A DNA stretch of 64,000 bases from Macrostomum lignano (taxonomy: Eukaryota), in the NCBI GenBank assembly GCA_002269645.1, contig NIVC01002686.1, forward strand, positions 85,836-149,835. Reading direction: 5' to 3'. A program made the position numbers and the translations under genes. The notes beneath the pieces are model-generated. The model saw only the letters and a program-made list of their open reading frames with translations, did not search any database and was not told the origin of the DNA. Every line of letters begins with the position of its first letter. Within the stretch, counting starts at the first letter, position 1. Below are positions 34,890 to 46,900 of this stretch, in pieces.

Positions 34890-36548
34890 CACTGAGTCAG
34901 ATATTGCCTGACAATTATCTACCACTGACGGTCAGATATTGCTGACAATTATCTGACGGTCAGATATTGCCTGACAATTAGCTACCACTGACGGTCAGAT
35001 ATTGCTGACAATTATCTACCACTGACAGTCAGACATTGCTGACAATTAGCTACCACTGACGGTCAGATATTGCTGACAATTATCTGACGGTCAGATATTG
35101 CCTGACAATTAGCTACCACTGACGGTCAGATATTGCTGACAATTATCTACCACTGACAGTCAGACATTGCTGACAATTAGCTACCACTGACGGTCAGATA
35201 TTGCTGACAATTATCTGACGGTCAGATATTGCCTGACAATTAGCTACCACTGACGGTCAGATATTGCTGACAATTATCTGACGGTCAGATATTGCCTGAC
35301 AATTAGCTACCACTGACGGTCAGATATTGCTGACAATTATCTGACGGTCAGATATTGCCTGACAATTAGCTACCACTGACGGTCAGATATTGCTGACAAT
35401 TATCTGACGGTCAGATATTGCCTGACAATTAGCTACCACTGACAGTCAGACATTGATGACAATTAGCTACCCCTGACAGTCAGACATTGCTGACAATTAG
35501 CTACCACTGACAGTCAGACATTGCTGACAATTAGCTACCACTGACGGTCAGATATTGCTGACAATTATCTGACGGTCAGATATTGCCTGACAATTAGCTA
35601 CCACTGACGGTCAGATATTGCTGACAATTATCTGACGGTCAGATATTGCCTGACAATTAGCTACCACTGACGGTCAGATATTGCTGACAATTATCTGACG
35701 GTCAGATATTGCCTGACAATTAGCTACCACTGACGGTCAGATATTGCTGACAATTATCTGACGGTCAGATATTGCCTGACAATTAGCTACCACTGACGGT
35801 CAGATATTGCTGACAATTATCTGACGGTCAGATATTGCCTGACAATTAGCTACCACTGACAGTCAGACATTGATGACAATTAGCTACCCCTGACAGTCAG
35901 ACATTGCTGACAATTAGCTACCACTGACAGTCAGACATTGATGACAATTAGCTACCCCTGACAGTCAGACATTGCTGACAATTAGCTACCACTGACAGTC
36001 AGACATTGATGACAATTAGCTACCCCTGACAGTCAGACATTGCTGACAATTAGCTACCACTGACGGTCAGACATTGCCTGACAATTAGCTACCACTGACA
36101 GTCAGACATTGCTGACAATTAGCTTAATTAAATAGATATCCCTACAATTTAATTGACATAAACAGCTAAACATGACTGAAGTGATGGTGCTATTATAGAA
36201 AGTAAACTTCACTTACGCCAAACTGCATGGATTTCAATGAGCAGGACGATTAGCAAAATTTCAAATGCCATAAACAAATGTATACAGTATTGGAAAATTA
36301 CTTAAGGCACACAAGCTGACTAGCTGGAGCAGGCTTTAACCACTTTTCAACTCGTGCTATTTTGACGACGACGACGACGACGACGAAGTCGATTTGTCGT
36401 TCGACCAATTATTTGACTGTCTGTCAGTGGTAGCTAATTGTCAGCAATGTCTGACTGTCAGGGGTAGCTAATTGTCATCAATGTCTGACTGTCAGGAGTA
36501 GCTAATTGTCATCAATGTCTGACTGTCAGTGGTAGCTAATTGTCAGCG
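34890..36548. repeat. 63-bp (35+28) higher-order minisatellite with an inverted copy at 36416-36548
   Basis: gtcagatattgcctgacaattagctaccactgacg + gtcagatattgctgacaattatctgacg; reverse-complement units follow a ~300-bp spacer. Confidence 0.9.
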
Positions 36549-37139
36549 ACAAACATGGCGCGACACAAACGCACTTGCGGTGAAACCTGACGCTGTCCAC
36601 TCCACGCCGCAAGGCGATAAACGGAGAAGAAGAAGAAGAAGAAGACCAATTATTTATGGATATGAAGCCAGCTAAAGATGCGACAAGAGTCAATAACGAT
36701 GACACACCTACGAGACCGCTTGGTAATAATACTGACGGCTGAAGATCTACAACGACATCTGGACGACATATAAAGGCATCTTGTTCCCAGGCTCGACTTA
36801 TGGCTGAGACTCCTCAGTGATGGCACTATACCTAGAACTGTTTTGTCTCTGGTTGTCTCCAGCTCTCAACAGATTGACGTTCGCGTTGAACCTCTTGGAT
36901 CGACAGGTCAGGAAACTGTACCACCTGCTAAGAAAAACAAACAACTGTCGACAAGGTGGAGATTGTCGGTGAGAGGGTTGTGGTGTTGTTCAAGTGATTG
37001 TAGTAAAAAATTCGATGAACCTTGCTTGAAGCTAATTGATAAAACTGTTATTTGCTATTTTGTACGAGCTATTGAATACATGTTTGCCTTCTGAAGACAC
37101 TTGCTTTACGCTTCTTACGGACCATTGCATGATATATGC

Positions 37140-37900
37140 CAACAAGCCCATTATCTATATAATGGTCCTGACAGCAAGCCCATTTTCCAGATAATGGTCC
37201 AGTGATACTTGAGTGTGGCCATAGACAAGCCCATTATCTATATAATGGTCCTGACAGCAAGCCCATTTTCCAGATAATGGTCCAGTGATACTTGAGTGTG
37301 GCCATAGACAAGCCCATTATCTATATAATGGTCCTGACAGCAAGCCCATTTTCTAGATAAGGGTCCAGTGATACTTGAGTGTGGCCATAGACAAGCCCAT
37401 TATCTATATATTGGTCCTGACAGCAAGCCCATTTTCTAGATAAGGGTCCAGTGATACTTGAGTGTGGCCATAGACAAGCCCATTATCTATATATTGGTCC
37501 TGACAGCAAGCCCATTTTCTAGATAAGGGTCCAGTGATACTTGAGTGTGGCCATAGACAAGCCCATTATCTATATATTGGTCCTGACAGCAAGCCCATTT
37601 TCTAGATAAGGGTCCAGTGATACTTGAGTGTGGCCATAGACAAGCCCATTATCTATATATTGGTCCTGACAGCAAGCCCATTTTCTAGATAAGGGTCCAG
37701 TGATACTTGAGTGTGGCCATAGACAAGCCCATTATCTATATAATGGTCCTGACAGCAAGCCCATTTTCCAGATAATGGTCCAGTGATACTTGAGTGTGGC
37801 CATAGACAAGCCCATTATCTATATAATGGTCCTGACAGCAAGCCCATTTTCTAGATAAGGGTCCAGTGATACTTGAGTGTGGCCATAGACAAGCCCATTC
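37140..37900. repeat. 83-bp satellite, ~9 copies, with an internal caagcccatt duplication
   Basis: Period measured from agtgata at 37201 and 37284. Confidence 0.95.
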
Positions 37901-38644
37901 CCGAAAAATGAGCGGACCATTATACGAGCCTTTTTGGCGTAAGTGGAGTTTGAAGTCTTGGAGTTTTAGAGTGGAATACAGAACATGGTGTTGCGCCTGC
38001 GGTACTCAGGCAAATCCTAAAATTCCACATGGCCATTCAGAAGCCATTTGACTTGCTTCGAATGCACTTGGGAAACCAAATTATTTTCCATAATCCCCCC
38101 AGCGACTAGGGCCTGATTTATAATAAGCCCCACATCGCGTGTCGAACAATTTCTTTCGCAGGAAAGTTAATTAAAATAAAACTTCTAATTAGCCTAATCA
38201 CGATATTTTCAGTTGTGCAGCTAATTACTCTAGGTTTAAACGTAAAATGAACTTGCAATTTATAAGTTTCGTATGCGTTAAGTTACCAAACCAAGCTGAT
38301 AAAAAATTCCATTAAATAAATCAATTTGAAATTCTCTACTTTATTCGTCTTTTAATCGGAGAGCAGAGCCTTCAACAGCTGGCTTGGCCTGCAGTAAGTC
38401 TGTGGGAGACTGCAGCTTGGATTGACTTTATTGTCTATGGCGAGTGCAGTGTCATCGGCTAGGGAGCAATACAAGAATTATTATTATTTTTTTTAGTATG
38501 TAATTATGCTTAGCTAACAGGTAACAAGGACAACGAGAGCGGTGTGTAAGGTTCAGTTTACGCAACCAATCAACAAGCTTAATGACTGTGCGATTACACG
38601 GCTTGTATGCAAATTTTTCTGTAACTCCTGACATCAATTGTGAA

Positions 38645-39672
38645 AAGGTGAAAGGGTCAGAGGGTGAAAGGGCCAGAGGGTGAAAGGGCCAGAGGGTGAA
38701 AGGGTCAGAGGGTGAAAGGGTCAGAGGGTGAAAGCGTCAGAGGGTGAAAGGGTCAGAGGGTGAAAGGGTCAGAGGGTGAAAGCGTCAGAGGGTGAAAGGG
38801 TCAGAGGGTGAAAGGGCCAGAGGGTGAAAGGGCCAGAGGGTGAAAGGGCCAGAGGGTGAAAGGGCCAGAGGGTGAAAGGGCCAGAGGGTGAAAGGGCCAG
38901 AGGGTGAAAGGGTCAGAGGGTGAAAGGGTCAGAGGGTGAAAGGGTCAGAGGGTGAAAGGGTCAGAGGGTGAAAGGGTCAGAGGGTGAAAGGGTCAGAGGG
39001 TGAAAGGGTCAGAGGGTGAAAGGGCCAGAGGGTGAAAGGGTCAGAGGGTGAAAGGGTCAGAGGGTGAAAGGGTCAGAGGGTGAAAGGGTCAGAGGGTGAA
39101 AGGGTCAGAGGGTGAAAGGGTCAGAGGGTGAAAGGGTCAGAGGGTGAAAGCGTCAGAGGGTGAAAGGGTCAGAGGGTGAAAGGGTCAGAGGGTGAAAGGG
39201 TCAGAGGGTGAAAGGGTCAGAGGGTGAAAGGGTCAGAGGGTGAAAGGGTCAGAGGGTGAAAGGGTCAGAGGGTGAAAGGGTCAGAGGGTGAAAGGGTCAG
39301 AGGGTGAAAGGGTCAGAGGGTGAAAGGGTCAGAGGGTGAAAGGGTCAGAGGGTGAAAGGGTCAGAGGGTGAAAGGGTCAGAGGGTGAAAGGGTCAGAGGG
39401 TGAAAGGGTCAGAGGGTGAAAGGGTCAGAGGGTGAAAGGGTCAGAGGGTGAAAGGGTCAGAGGGTGAAAGGGTCAGAGGGTGAAAGGGTCAGAGGGTGAA
39501 AGGGTCAGAGGGTGAAAGGGTCAGAGGGTGAAAGGGTCAGAGGGTGAAAGGGTCAGAGGGTGAAAGGGTCAGAGGGTGAAAGGGTCAGAGGGTGAAAGGG
39601 TCAGAGGGTGAAAGGGTCAGAGGGTGAAAGGGTCAGAGGGTGAAAGGGTCAGAGGGTGAAAGGGTCAGAGGG
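38645..39672 (+). repeat. 16-bp G-rich minisatellite, ~64 near-perfect copies
   Basis: tgaaagggtcagaggg. Confidence 0.97.
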
Positions 39673-40001
39673 TACAAGAGCTAGCTAGATGGTGAGAGGT
39701 TAGGAGAGGGCGGAGGGCACAATAAAATCGAAGCAGTTCAAGGAGGGAAAAGGCAGAGAAAAATGACCAGAGGCAGCTCAGAGATGTGCAGTGCAGATAT
39801 CAGGCAACAAAGTGACTAACTAAACTTGGAACAGTAAACCGAGTGGGGTACAGGAAAAGTTATAAAAGCAACAATGTGGAGTAAAACAACTGATATCACC
39901 AACAAGTGCTAACAGAGTGCTAACAAAGAGACACTACAGACAGTTGCTAGACTATTAAGTCTGTCAGGCCGTATATTCTCAGCTGAAACCTGGGGCCCTT
40001 C

Positions 40002-41902
40002 TCAAAGCCGGTTCTGCTGCTGTTGCTGCTTGGCCACCCCGACAGCCTCCATGGAGATCCCGGACTGGCCGACCTTCCCGGTGGCATTCATGGTGGCCAG
40101 GCCCAGGATCTGGCGCACCTCCCGCTTGAACTTCGGATTTGTCACCACGTAGATAAAGAAATTGCAGGTGCCGTCCATGGATGAGATCACGTTGCCGACC
40201 AGAGTCATGATGATGTACAGGTTGGTGGGGATCTTGAAGGACACCACGCTGCAATGGGGGCGACTGGGGTTGTACATTTCAAACATCTTTGGCACATCAA
40301 ACACAGGTGGAACCGGTACACATGAAATCACACCTGGGATCGGTACATCAAACACACCTGGGATCGGTTTATCAAACACACCTGGGATCGGTACATCAAA
40401 CACACCTGGGATCGGTACATCAAAAACACCTGGGATTGGTACATCAAGCACACCTGGATCGGTACATCAAATACACCTGGGATCGGTTTATCAAACACAC
40501 CTGGGATCGGTACATCAAATACACCTGGGATCGGTTTATCAAACACACCTGGGATCGGTACATCAAACACACCTGGGATCTGTACATCAAAACACACCTG
40601 GGATCGGTACATCAAACACACCTGGGATCGGTACATCAAATACACCTGGGATCGGTACATCAAACACACCTGGGATCGGTACATCAAACACACCTGGGAT
40701 CGGTACATCAAACACACCTGGGATCGGTACATCAAACACACCTGGGATCGGTACATCAAAAACATCTGGGATCGGTTTATCAAACACATCTGGGATCGGT
40801 ACATCAAATACACCTGGGATCGGTACATCAAACACACCTGGGATCGGTACATCAAACACACCTGGGATCGGTACATCAAACACACCTGTGATCGGTACAT
40901 CACACATACTTAAGGTCGCTCACACAGCAAAAGCACTCACAATCCGTAGAGCACCATGGGAGTCTGGCAGATGAGGTACATATACATCAGCAGGGTGACC
41001 ATCCGGGTCAGCTGGCGGAACTGCTTCTCCTGCTTCTGCGCCGCCGGCTTCTTCCCGCTCACGTCGCTGCTGCTGGCAGCCAGCTGGCCGGCTCCACCGC
41101 TGCTGGCCATGCTGACGGTGCTGACGGCGATGGTCGAATTCGGACTGCTGCCGCCGCCAGCAGCGTCGCGCTGGAAGTTGTTGGACCGGCGCACCGTCCG
41201 CAGCAGCAGCACGTTGACAACCATGACCGCCACCACTGGCGTGACCGTCTGCAGGCCGAAGTTCACCGCCATGGTGTACGCCGGGAAGATGCGCGAAGCG
41301 ACGACGGCCATCCGGTTGAACCCGTCCGGACAGTCGGCCAGCACGCTGGTCACCTCGAGGCCGCGCACTAGGCTAGTTGCCATGGCAACAATCCAGATGG
41401 CGCCCATCCAGTTGCGGGTGCGGCGCCGGCTGAACCAGAGGTTGGCGCGCAGTGGCCAGCGGATCTTGGCGAAGCGGACGGCGGCCATGAAGAGCATCAG
41501 CCAGTTGTGCAGGGTGATGAAGGCCACCCGGATGCCCCAGACAATGGGGTGGCCGAAAATCGGCAGCAGGAACAGGCGGGAGTCCCCAGCCGGGGCCGGC
41601 AGGGTCTCCAGAGTGTGGCAGAAGTTGTCGATGGTGTTGGCCAGCACGTAGATGACGTCGGTCACGGCCAGGGAGCGCAGCTGCATCGCCAAGGTGCTGT
41701 CGCTGCCGTCCCGGCCGAGGGCCAGGTAGGACAGAGAGTTGAGCAGCAGGCTGAGCAGGCACAGCAGGCACTGGGCGGCGTCGGCGGCGCAGAGGAATGC
41801 GAGAAAGGACGGCTCGCGGAGCGGCTCCCAGCGGGCTGTGGAGTTGCAGTCGATCGAGTGCCAGAACTGGTACCAGTGCGAGCTCTGCAGCTCCGAGCTC
41901 AT
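40002..41902 (-). CDS. Class A (rhodopsin-like) peptide-type orphan GPCR, 2 exons
   Basis: Exons 41902-40941 and 40248-40002 (phase 2); seven hydrophobic segments; SLAVTD in TM2, AAVRFAKIRWPL (DRY-equivalent), ICQTP in TM6, CNFFIY in TM7. Confidence 0.88.
40320..40905. repeat. 24-bp minisatellite, GPCR intron
   Basis: cacctgggatcggtacatcaaaca. Confidence 0.95.
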
Positions 41903-41964
41903 GGTCGGGCCTGCGTTCGGGGACAGGGAATTGATTGCAGGAAAGCTCCTTAAGCGCTGCCGAT

Positions 41965-42380
41965 AGCAGATGCGAGCACATCAAATGAGATGAGCTCATT
42001 AGCAGATCTGAGCACATCAAATGAGATGAGCTCATTAGCAGATGCGAGCACTCACAGATGAGCTCATTAGCAGATGCGAGAACTCACAGATGAGCTCATT
42101 AGCAGATGCGAGCACTCACAGATGAGCTCATTAGCAGATGCGAGCACTCACAGATGAGCTCATTAGCAGATGCGAGCACTCACAGATGAGCTCATTAGCA
42201 GATGCGAGCACTCACAGATGAGCTCATTAGCAGATGCGAGCACTCACAGATGAGCTCATTAGCAGATGCGAGCACTCACAGATGAGCTCATTAGCAGATG
42301 CGAGCACTCACAGATGAGCTCATTAGCAGATGCGAGCACTCACAGATGAGCTCATTAGCAGATGCGAGCACTCACAGATG
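41965..42380. repeat. 32-bp minisatellite just upstream of the GPCR
   Basis: gatgagctcattagcagatgcgagcactcaca, ~12 copies. Confidence 0.95.
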
Positions 42381-43039
42381 AGGCATGTACATGTAACATA
42401 CTTGGCTCTGCCCAGTTTACCAGGCCTATCGATGGGTGCGAAATGAATAGTAAGTCTGGCGCAATGCACCCCGGTGAAAATGAACATAATATAAACAGTG
42501 CTTACCTGACAACAATTTCTGAAAAAGCAACAGACGTCAGCGCAGAGGTTGCAGCCGATCGCGGATATGCAACCGCTTAAATACCAGCAACAAGTGGGCT
42601 TCCCAATGCCAAGGCTTATCGCGCCATTAGCAACGGAGCGGATCCTTACCTGTCCTCACCCGCGATTGGCTCGAATAATAAAAAAATCTATCCCAAGTAT
42701 CCCTGTTCCCCCGCAAGCGACTCACATCCTCTAGTCCAATTTTAGCAACAACAAAAATGCACTGATAAGTTATTTTATGATTATAAAATTTTACTAATTA
42801 GCACATAATTGACGATGAAGGAAGTTTATTTTATACAGACTGAGTAAACGCTGATTATGTACAGCTGATTTGCGCTGGTAATACAAAATGCCGGCATTGA
42901 AACTAACGGAGGCACAAAATAAGCAAAACAGAGTTGGAGAACTATCTAATTATTGATAAATTAATGTCTTTTTGAGCTTTGTTCTGAGCTGAGACAATGC
43001 TCTGAAAATAGCTGATTTGGATACTGACAGTGCCACTCA

Positions 43040-43875
43040 ACTCTGACTACTGACAATGTCCCCAAAACAGCTACTGACAATGTCCCCAAAACAGCTACTG
43101 ACAATGTCCCCAAATCAGCTACTGACAATGTCCCCAAATCAGCTACTGGCAATGTCCCCAAATCAGCTACTGACAATGTCCCCAAATCAGCTACTGACAA
43201 TATCCCCAAATCAGCTACTGACAATATCCCAAATCAGCTACTGACAATGTCCCCAAATCAGCTACTGACAATGTCCCCAAATCAGCTACTGACAATGTCC
43301 CCAAATCAGCTACTGACAATATCCCCAAATCAGCTACTGACAATATCCCCAAATCAGCTACTGACAATGTCCCCAAATCAGCTACTGACAATGTCCCCAA
43401 ATCAGCTACTGACAATATCCCCAAATCAGCTACTGACAATGTCCCCAAATCAGCTACTGACAATATCCCCAAATCAGCTACTGACAATGTCCCCAAATCA
43501 GCTACTGACAATATCCCCAAATCAGCTACTGACAATGTCCCCAAATCAGCTACTGACAATGTCCCCAAATCAGCTACTGACAATATCCCCAAATCAGCTA
43601 CTGACAATGTCCCCAAATCAGCTACTGACAATATCCCCAAATCAGCTACTGACAATGTTCCAAATCAGCTACTGACAATGTCCCCAAATCAGCTACTGAC
43701 AATATCCCCAAATCAGCTACTGACAATATCCCCAAATCAGCTACTGACAATGTCCCCAAATCAGCTACTGACAATGTCCCCAAATCAGCTACTGACAATA
43801 TCCCCAAATCAGCTACTGACAATGTCCCCAAATCAGCTACTGACAATGTCCCCAAATCAGCTACTGACAATGTCC
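43040..43875. repeat. 24-bp minisatellite downstream of the TAF2 stop
   Basis: tcagctactgacaat(g/a)tccccaaa. Confidence 0.95.
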
Positions 43876-43932
43876 AAACCAGACACCAGCAGTACTGCCA
43901 CAGCACACCAGTAAATGCTACAAGTCAGCAGC

Positions 43933-46900
43933 TCAGCAGTCAGGCAGGTTGTCCCAGCTGTAGCCGAATATCTCGTCTTCGTCATCCTCAGCCGCATCTC
44001 GATCCCCATCGTCCAGCATCTCTTCGTCAAGCGCCGGCGTAGCGGCAGCGGCGGCGGCGGCGACGGCGGGAGCGGCGGGTGCAGCGGCATCGGCAGCCGG
44101 GAAGCTGGAGTCGGGTGGCCAGACAAAGTCGGCCTCATCAATTGGCGGCTCATCCGGCGCGAACTCGTAGTCATCCTCCAGCCCGATGTCCAAATCGTCG
44201 TCGACGTCCGCCTCGTCGCCGGAGCTGCCAAGGCCGACGCCGGCGCCAGTGAGGCCAAAGTTGGCGTTGTCGTCGTCCGTGTCTGCCGGGGCCGGCGTCG
44301 GCGTTGGCGCTCGTTGGGCGATTTTTGTGCGGCCTTCGCGCACGTTGAGCACCAGGAAGTTCTCCGGCAGCGGGGTGCACCTGGCAGGCGGGCAGCAGGT
44401 GGGAGATTGACTTATGACTCGGCTGTGTGCTTGGGGTTAGATTGGAGCGATTCTCAGGTTGAGATTTGGGCGATTTTTAGGGTGAGATTGAGCCGATTCT
44501 CAGGGTGAGACTGGGGCGGTTCTTATGGTGAAAAGGGCTACTGGGCGAGCGAACATCCACCTCCTGGACTCTCCGGAGGGGGACCGCGCTGCGGACGCCG
44601 GCACCACCGGAACTCCCTGCGCGACACCGCAGCACTAGCTGCCCGTGGTCGCCAGGGGTTAGCGAAATGGGCGGCAACGCCTCCTCGCTGTTTCCGGACG
44701 CGCGGAGCCCCCTTCAGCTAAGTCAAGTCAAGTAGGGTGAAATTGATTCGATTCTCAAGATAAGATTTGAAAGATTTTCAGGGTGAATTTGGGACGATTC
44801 TCGGGGTGAGATTGGGGCAATTCTTAGGGTGAGATTGGGGCGATTCTCAGGGTGAGATTGAGGCAATTCTTAGGGTGAGATTGGGGCGATTCTCAGGGTG
44901 AGATTGGGGCTAATTATTAATTTGAGATCAAAGCGATCCTCAGGGTGAGATTATAGATTCTCAGGAAGAGAATAAGGCAGTTCTCGGGGTTGGATTAGGG
45001 CTAGGGTTCGGGGCTCATTCGCAGATCAGTACTGGCAGCAGAGTCACAAGCTCGTACTTGGGCCGGTGCCTGCCGTACAGCAAGTGGTAGAGGCTGGCAA
45101 CGGAGCAGCGGAGCCGGCAGTCGGCGCTGAGCTCAGTATTCAGCAGACGCCAGAGGCGCTCAACCAGCTCAGGCGTGTCCAACTGGCCTCGCTTCCTGCG
45201 CAGAAACGGCGGCTGTATAGTGAGCATAGCAACAGCCTGGTGACGAACAGAGGCCTCCTCAGCCGGGTTGCACACTGTAGAGTCCAGCAGCCAGGCCAGC
45301 GCAGCCGCGTCCTTGGCGCACTTGATATGATTCACCACGGCCTCCATGGCGGCCAGACGGACATCAATGTAGTTGCCGGGAGCCGCGTAGCTTTTGAATA
45401 TGCCGATATCCGCCGGGATGTAGCCGGTGCGCTGCAGCTTGCGGAACACGCGGAGGCATTTCACAGTCACCACCATGCGATAGCTGGGCATCAGCTTCTC
45501 CAGGTTCATGTGCCGCGTCACCTGCGGGTCGGGGCGCCGGCTCCGGTGCATCTACTGACATGCCCGATCCGCCCCCTCACTGACATGCCCGATCCGCCCC
45601 CTCTCACTGACATTCCCGATTCGTCCCCTCACTGACATTCCCGATCCGCCCCCTCTCACTGACATTCCCGATCCGCCCCCTCTCACTGACATTCCCGATC
45701 CGCCCCCTCACTGACATGCCCGATCCGCCCCCTCTCACTGACATTCCCGATTCGTCCCCTCACTGACATTCCCGATCCGCCCCCCTCTCACTGACATTCC
45801 CGATCCGCCCCCCTCTCACTGACATTCCCGATCCGCCCCCTCCCACTGACATTCCCGATCCGCCCCCTCCCACTGACATTCCCGATCCGCCCCCCTCCTA
45901 CTGACATTCCCGATCCGCCCCCTCTCACTGACATTATCAATCCGCCCCCCTCTCACTGACATTCTCGATCCGCCCCCCTCTCACTGACATTCCCGATCCG
46001 CCCCCTCGCACTGACATTCCCGATCCGCCCCCTCTCACTGACATTCCTGATCCGCCCCCTCTCACTGACATTTCCGATCCGCCCCCTCAGTGACATGCAT
46101 GATCCGCCCCCTCTCACTGACATTCCCGATCCGCCCCCTCGCACTGACATTCCTGATCCGCCCCCTTTCACTGACATTCCCGAACCGCCCCCTCAGTGAC
46201 ATGCATGATCCGCTCCCTCTCACTGACATTCCCGATCCGCCCCCTCGCACTGACATTCCCGATCCGACCCCCTCTCACTGACATTCCCGATTCGTCCCCT
46301 CACTGACATTCCCGATCCGCCCCCTCTCACTGACAATCTCGAACCGCCCCTCACTGACATTCCCGATCCGCCCCCTCTCACTGACAATCTCGAACCGCCC
46401 TCTCACTGACATTCCCGATCCGCCCCCTCTCACTGACAATCTCGAACCGCCCTCTCACTGACATCCGCCCCATCCGGCCCCAATCAAGCCACACACCTCC
46501 TCCAGCAGCGCAGCAATAGGCTTCGGCAGCTTGGCCAGGAAATTCTCGGTAGTAACAGTGGCTGCAGGACTAACGGTTCGAAACAGTGACTCGATGAGCG
46601 CAGCCCGATAGTAGTCGTCAGCGTAGATATTCTTAGAATTGTCGTTGAACCGCAACAGATTGAGAATGAATTCGGGCACCTCAGGCGGGCAGACGCCCTG
46701 GGCTGTGTGCAGCAGCGACATGCACAGAGGCACCTCTTTCAATAGGAAATAGCGTTGGAGATTTGAGAAATCGTTCGCCGGCGTCACCGACCTGGTGTCC
46801 TTGGCGCCGAACAGGGACAGAAAGACGGCCATGAGGGGCTCCAGCAGGTCTAGCGGGCCGCTGATCATGCACAGAGCGTAGCAGGCCTGCATGCGGACTC

